From Methanobrevibacter sp. (GTDB taxonomy: Archaea; Methanobacteriota; Methanobacteria; Methanobacteriales; Methanobacteriaceae): a DNA stretch of 64,000 bases. Within the stretch, counting starts at the first letter, position 1. Each line of letters opens with the position of its first letter. This document shows, piece after piece, positions 39,801 to 45,800 of this stretch. Both the position numbers and the translations under genes were made by a program. The stretch spans positions 3,187-67,186 of the forward strand of contig NZ_JAZTXC010000109.1 of assembly GCF_045636185.1 (NCBI RefSeq). Reading direction: 5' to 3'. The notes beneath the pieces are model-generated. The model saw only the letters and a list, made by a program, of their open reading frames with translations, was not told where the DNA came from and made no database searches.

Positions 39801-42800
39801 TACAATTTATGGTGATTTAGCCTGTATTTTATACACCAGCGTTACTACAGGTATTCCTAAAGGTGTAAAAATTACCCGAAAGTCCATTTTAAATGTGGCC
39901 GAGTTTTATAAAGACAAATATGGCTTAAGTAATAATGATGTTTATGGATTATTCTCCAACATCAGTTTTGATGCAGCACTTTTAGCTATGATTACTGTTT
40001 TATACTCAGGCGCCTGCTTATCAGTTGTTCCAGATGAGATTAGATTGGATATGAAATCATTGAATGAATATTTCATAGAACAAAATGTAACCCATACTCT
40101 CATTACATCCCAGGTAGGAAGATTATTCATGAAAGAAGTGGATAATACATCATTAAATGTCTTATTTGTTGGTGGTGAGAAATTAGGTGAATTTGAAAGC
40201 CCTGAAGATTACACTTTAGTTGATGCATTCGGACCAACAGAAGCCTGTGTATTCATATCATCAATTGAAAATATTGATAAAACAGATGCATCATCAATAG
40301 GATTTTTAAACTATAACACCAAAGTCTATGTCTTGGATAATGAATTTAGGCGCGTACCTATTGGTGCTGTTGGTGAATTATATGTATCCGGTTATCAAAT
40401 CGCAAACGGATACTTAAATAGAGAAGAAGAAACTAACAATGCATTTTTAGATAATCCTTTCGATGAAGGGGATTATAATGAAATGTATCGTAGTGGAGAT
40501 ATGGTAAGAATATTGAATGACGGTTCATTAAGTATTGTAGGCCGTCGTGACGGACAGGTTAAAATCAGAGGAAACCGTGTAGAATTATCTGAAATTGAAA
40601 CAGTTATCCGTGAATTAGATTATATTAAAGATGTTACAGTACAAACAATTAAAAATAATACGAATAATGAATTAGTTGCTTATGTTGTTGTTTCTAAAAA
40701 AATAGATGACCTTAAAGATAAGATTTGCAAATATGTAGGCGAATCCAAACCTGAATATATGGTTCCGTCCTTTATTATTGAATTAGATGAAATTCCATTA
40801 AATGTGAATGGTAAAGTAAATAAAAAGGCATTGCCTCAAGTTGATTTTGATAGTTTACATACAGAATATGTTGCCCCAACAAGTGAAACTGAAAAGATAA
40901 TAGCACAAGCATTTGAAGATGTATTTAATCAAAAAGATGTTGGATTATATGATGACTTTTTCCATCTTGGTGGAGATTCTATTACAGCAATTCGTGTTAT
41001 TTCATTACTTCAAAAAAATAACATTACCTGTACTGCCAGAGATATATTAAATAATAAAACTCCATACTTAATTGCAAAAAATATTAAAAATATAGAAAAT
41101 ATATCATATGATCCTGTTGAAGGAGAAATAGATTTACTTCCTATTCAAAGTTATTTCTTCGATAAAGTTAACGAAGATGGATTTTCACAAACATTCCTCT
41201 TAAAATCCAAAAAAGATTTGGATATCGATATTTTCCAAGATGCAGTGAATGAGTTAACCAATATTCATGACATGTTGCGTGCAAATTATAAACAGGAAAA
41301 TGAAAAAGTAATTCAGGAAATATTGCCATTAGATAGCAATATTTGTAAAGTGAAAGTCTTTGATGCATCCAATAATCTTAAAGAATCTATTGAAGATATT
41401 TTTAATCAAACCAATGTTTCATTAAACAAGAACAAACTGATTGATATTAATATAATCCGTCATGAAACCGGCTGCTATGTACTTTTCAATATACACCATT
41501 TAATAATTGATGGAGTCAGCTGGAACATTTTAATAAACGATTTAACTCAAATTTATTCCAATTTAGAAGCAAAGCAAGAAGTTAACCTAGTAAGACCATA
41601 TCCTTATAAAAATTGGGTTGAAAATGTGAAAGAATTGGTAAATAACATATCTGATGAAGAAAAACAACATTGGATAAAATTAAACAATCTACTGGATGAT
41701 TCAAATATTAAAGGAAACAGTAATGCATTCGCATTTAATGTTGATGCTAAGTTTGATGCAAATAATTCCTTAATGTTATCTGAAGAAGAATATTTGGCTT
41801 TAGCAATATCTCGAGCATATAAAAAGACATATGGTGAGAATATAATATTCAATCGTGAATCTTATGGTCGTGATGAAAGTTTAGCAGACAATTCAAGAAC
41901 AATTGGTTGGTTTACTAGCCAATACCCAACATTAGTTGAAGTAAATAACGGTTATGATAATATTTCCTTAATGCAGGACATTTATAGCCTTAAACAAGCA
42001 TTCAAAGAGGTAAATTATTTAGGTTTAAATTATTCTTCCTTAATTTATACCACAGAAGAATTAGAATTTAAATATTGTCCAGTTACTTTTAATTTCTTAA
42101 GTACTGAATTCGCTTTCAAAAATGAATTGTTTGAATCAGTAAACTTTAACTCTGAATTAGAAGATGAAATTCATATTAACGAGATTGATTCTACATCATA
42201 TGGTATCAGTTTAAATGTTTCTAGTATTAATAAAGGTTATGTTATAAAAGGAGAATATGCTGGTGAAACTTTTATCGGCGACAGCTTTGATGAATTTGTT
42301 GAGAATATTAAATCAGAATTAAGATTTATAAGTGATTTCGACATAAATCAAAAGGACATTGTTTGTTGTTTATCCGAATCTCAAATGGGTGTTTATTTAG
42401 ATGAAAAAGTAAATGACAAAGGCAATGCGTATGCATGTACTGAAATTTTAAAATGTGATTTAGACAATGAAGAAATTATAAATGCCGTTTATTCCGTAAT
42501 TGATAAACATCCTATTTTAAAAGGACGTATCCTTGACAATGGCGATATGCCTTTATTAGTTTGTGATAATTATCCTTCAATTGAAGAAATTAACACTGAG
42601 AATTATTCTGAATTAGTTAAACCATTTGATTTGAATAAATCACTAGCGGATTTCCATATTATCAATAATGAGAAAGGAAAATTCATATTTTATAATATTC
42701 ATCACTTAATTATTGATGCTACTTCCCGTACAATATTGAATAAGGAAATACAAGAAGCTTTAGAAGGTAAATTAGATGATGTTATTGATTTAGGATTTGT

Positions 42801-45800
42801 CTATAGTAGTATGGACTCTTTTGAATGTAAATTTAAATCCGATTATCGCTCAGCATATGAATTCTTCAATAAAGAATTTGTAGATATGGACAATATTCCA
42901 GAATTATTGGCAGATGTTAGTGAATCTGCAGGCAGAGTTTCCCTCCCTATTAGAAATATTCGCAGCAGTATAGAAGAATACGCCCATAAAAATGGCATTA
43001 CTATAGGTAATTTACTAAATGCAGTATTTGCATATACATATTCACGTTTTACTGGTAGTGACAAAGTTTACTTTAATTTCACAGAGCACGGCAGACATGA
43101 GGATTATAGCAAAAATGCTTTAGGCATGTTTGTTCGTACAATACCAATCATTACTAATTGTAATAATGATTCCACTAAAAATTATTTAATTAATTTTTCA
43201 GATTTAGTTTTAAATTCAATGCAAAACAGTATTTATCCATACAGATTGCTTGCAAATGAGTTTAATTTAAATAATAATGTAATGTTTGAGTATAACTCTG
43301 ATTTAAATGATGTATCATATATTAAAGATGAAATCATTGTAGAAAATTATCCAAATGACTTCGTAAATGAATTTTCTTGCATCATTAATGATTTGAATGA
43401 TGGATATGTTATTCATGTAGAACATTCAAGCAAATATTCTAATGAAACATGCATTAGATTTGCAAAAACATATGAACGAATATTATTTGAAATAATCAAA
43501 GTTAAAGAACTATCCGAAATCAATTACATAACAAAAGAAGATTTAAAACTTTTAGATTCCTATAATGAAACCGAACATCCGCTAAAATATAATGATGTTT
43601 TAGATGCATTTAATGAAAATCTTATTAAATATTGTGAAAATAAACTTGTATCTTTTGAAAATAATTCATACACTTATGGTGAAGGTGCATTTATTGCTGA
43701 AAAAATAGCTAAATCTTTAAAGAATTTAGGTGTTGATAAAGGTGACAATGTTGCATTTTTAGTTAAAAGGTCTGAACTATACATGTTCTCTGTTTTAGGT
43801 ATTATGTCCATAGGTGGAGTCTATGTTCCTTTAGATGATGCTCATCCAGATGAACGTGTTGAATTCATACTAAATGATACAAAATCCAAAGTTATTCTTG
43901 TTAGTGATGAAACCTATAATCGCGTTAATTCTTTAGATAATAATTCAATTATTCTAAACATATCCGATATTTTAAGAGACAATATTGGAACAGTATCTGA
44001 TTTGCCTGTGATTTATAATGATTTGGCTTGTATTTTATACACCAGTGGTACTACAGGCATTCCTAAAGGTGTAAAGATTACAAGAAAGTCCATATTGAAC
44101 TTGTCTGAGTTTTATATCAGAACATTTGGTCTTGGTGAAGATGATGTTTATGCATTATTTGCTTCCATCGGATTTGATGTAGCGATGAAAGCTATATTCC
44201 CAACAATTTCTGCTGGGGCATGCTTGACCATAATTCCTGAAGAAATCAAACTAGATGTGAATGCAATGAATGAATATTTCATTAAGCAAGGTGTAACACA
44301 CACAGAAATATCAACACAGGTAGCTAAAATCTTTATAAGTCAAGTGGATGAAACACCATTGAAAGTTTTAACGACTGGTGGAGAAAAACTAGGAGAAGTT
44401 GAAACAGATGTAGATTATCGTTTTGTAGATGAATATGGTCCGACAGAAGCATGTGTGGATGTAACCAGTATCGATTATGATAACAGAATTGATTCTTCAT
44501 CAATCGGTTTCCTGCTTGACAATATCAAAGCTTATGTATTGGATGATGAGTTCAGACGTGTACCCGTTGGAGCAGCAGGTGAACTATACCTTGCAGGTAA
44601 TCAAATTGCAGACGGATATCTAAATCGTGACGAAGAAACTCAAAAAGCTTTCCTTGAAAATCCATTCGATGAAAGAAAAGAATACAGTGTAATGTATAGG
44701 ACTGGAGATATTGTAAGAGTCTTGGCAGATGGATCACTAGGAATTATTGGACGTCGTGACGGACAGGTAAAAATCAGAGGAAACCGTGTGGAATTAAGTG
44801 AGATAGAAACAATAATACGTAAAATTAATTATGTAGAAGATGTAACAGTCCAAATAGTTAAACATGACACCAATAATGAATTAGTGGCTTATGTAGTGAT
44901 ATCCAACAATTTAGATGACAATTTACTTACAGACTCCATACGCAATTATGTAAATTCCCAAAAACCAGAGTACATGGTTCCTTCATATGTAATTAAATTA
45001 GATGAAATTCCACTAACTGTTAATGGCAAAGTGGATAAAAATGCATTGCCTAAAGTAGATGTGGATAAATTACTTGCCGAGTATGTTACACCAAATACTG
45101 AAACTGAAAAGATAATTGTCAAATCCTTTGAAAATGCATTCAATCAAGAAAGAATTAGTTTATATGACGATTTCATTCGCCTTGGAGGAGATTCAATCAT
45201 AGCTATGAAAATCGTTTCTGATTTATCCAAACAAGATATTAGCATCGATGCCAGAACCTTATTTAAAAATAGAACACCATACAATATTGCCCAAATTATT
45301 GATGGAAACGAAAAAGAATATGGATTTGAATTAGCCAGAAAAGGTAGTAAAAATCAGAATATGTTCTTATTACCACCAAATTCAGGATTATCATTTATTT
45401 TCTCCACATTAATTAAAAATATTGACTTCGATGGAAATATTTACATAATTGACGATTATAGATACGAATTAACAATAGAAGAAATTGAGAAAATTAATGG
45501 TACTGAAATCGCATTTGAAAAGTATTATGAAGCCATTAAAGACATTTTCCAAGATGGAGATATAATTGTTGGGTATTCACATGGATGTATCTTCGCACCA
45601 TTAATTTGTGAACGCTTAGAAAAAAGCAAATATGTAGATAAATGTGTTCTTATAGATGGACTCCTGAAATTTAGTGAAAAAAGCAACTATGATGAAACAA
45701 AAATTAATCAACTAAAAGAAGATGCAGAAGTATTATTAAAAGATGCGGCAGAATATGAAAATGATGAGGAATTGAAAAATAAATTGATAAGCGTAGCCAT

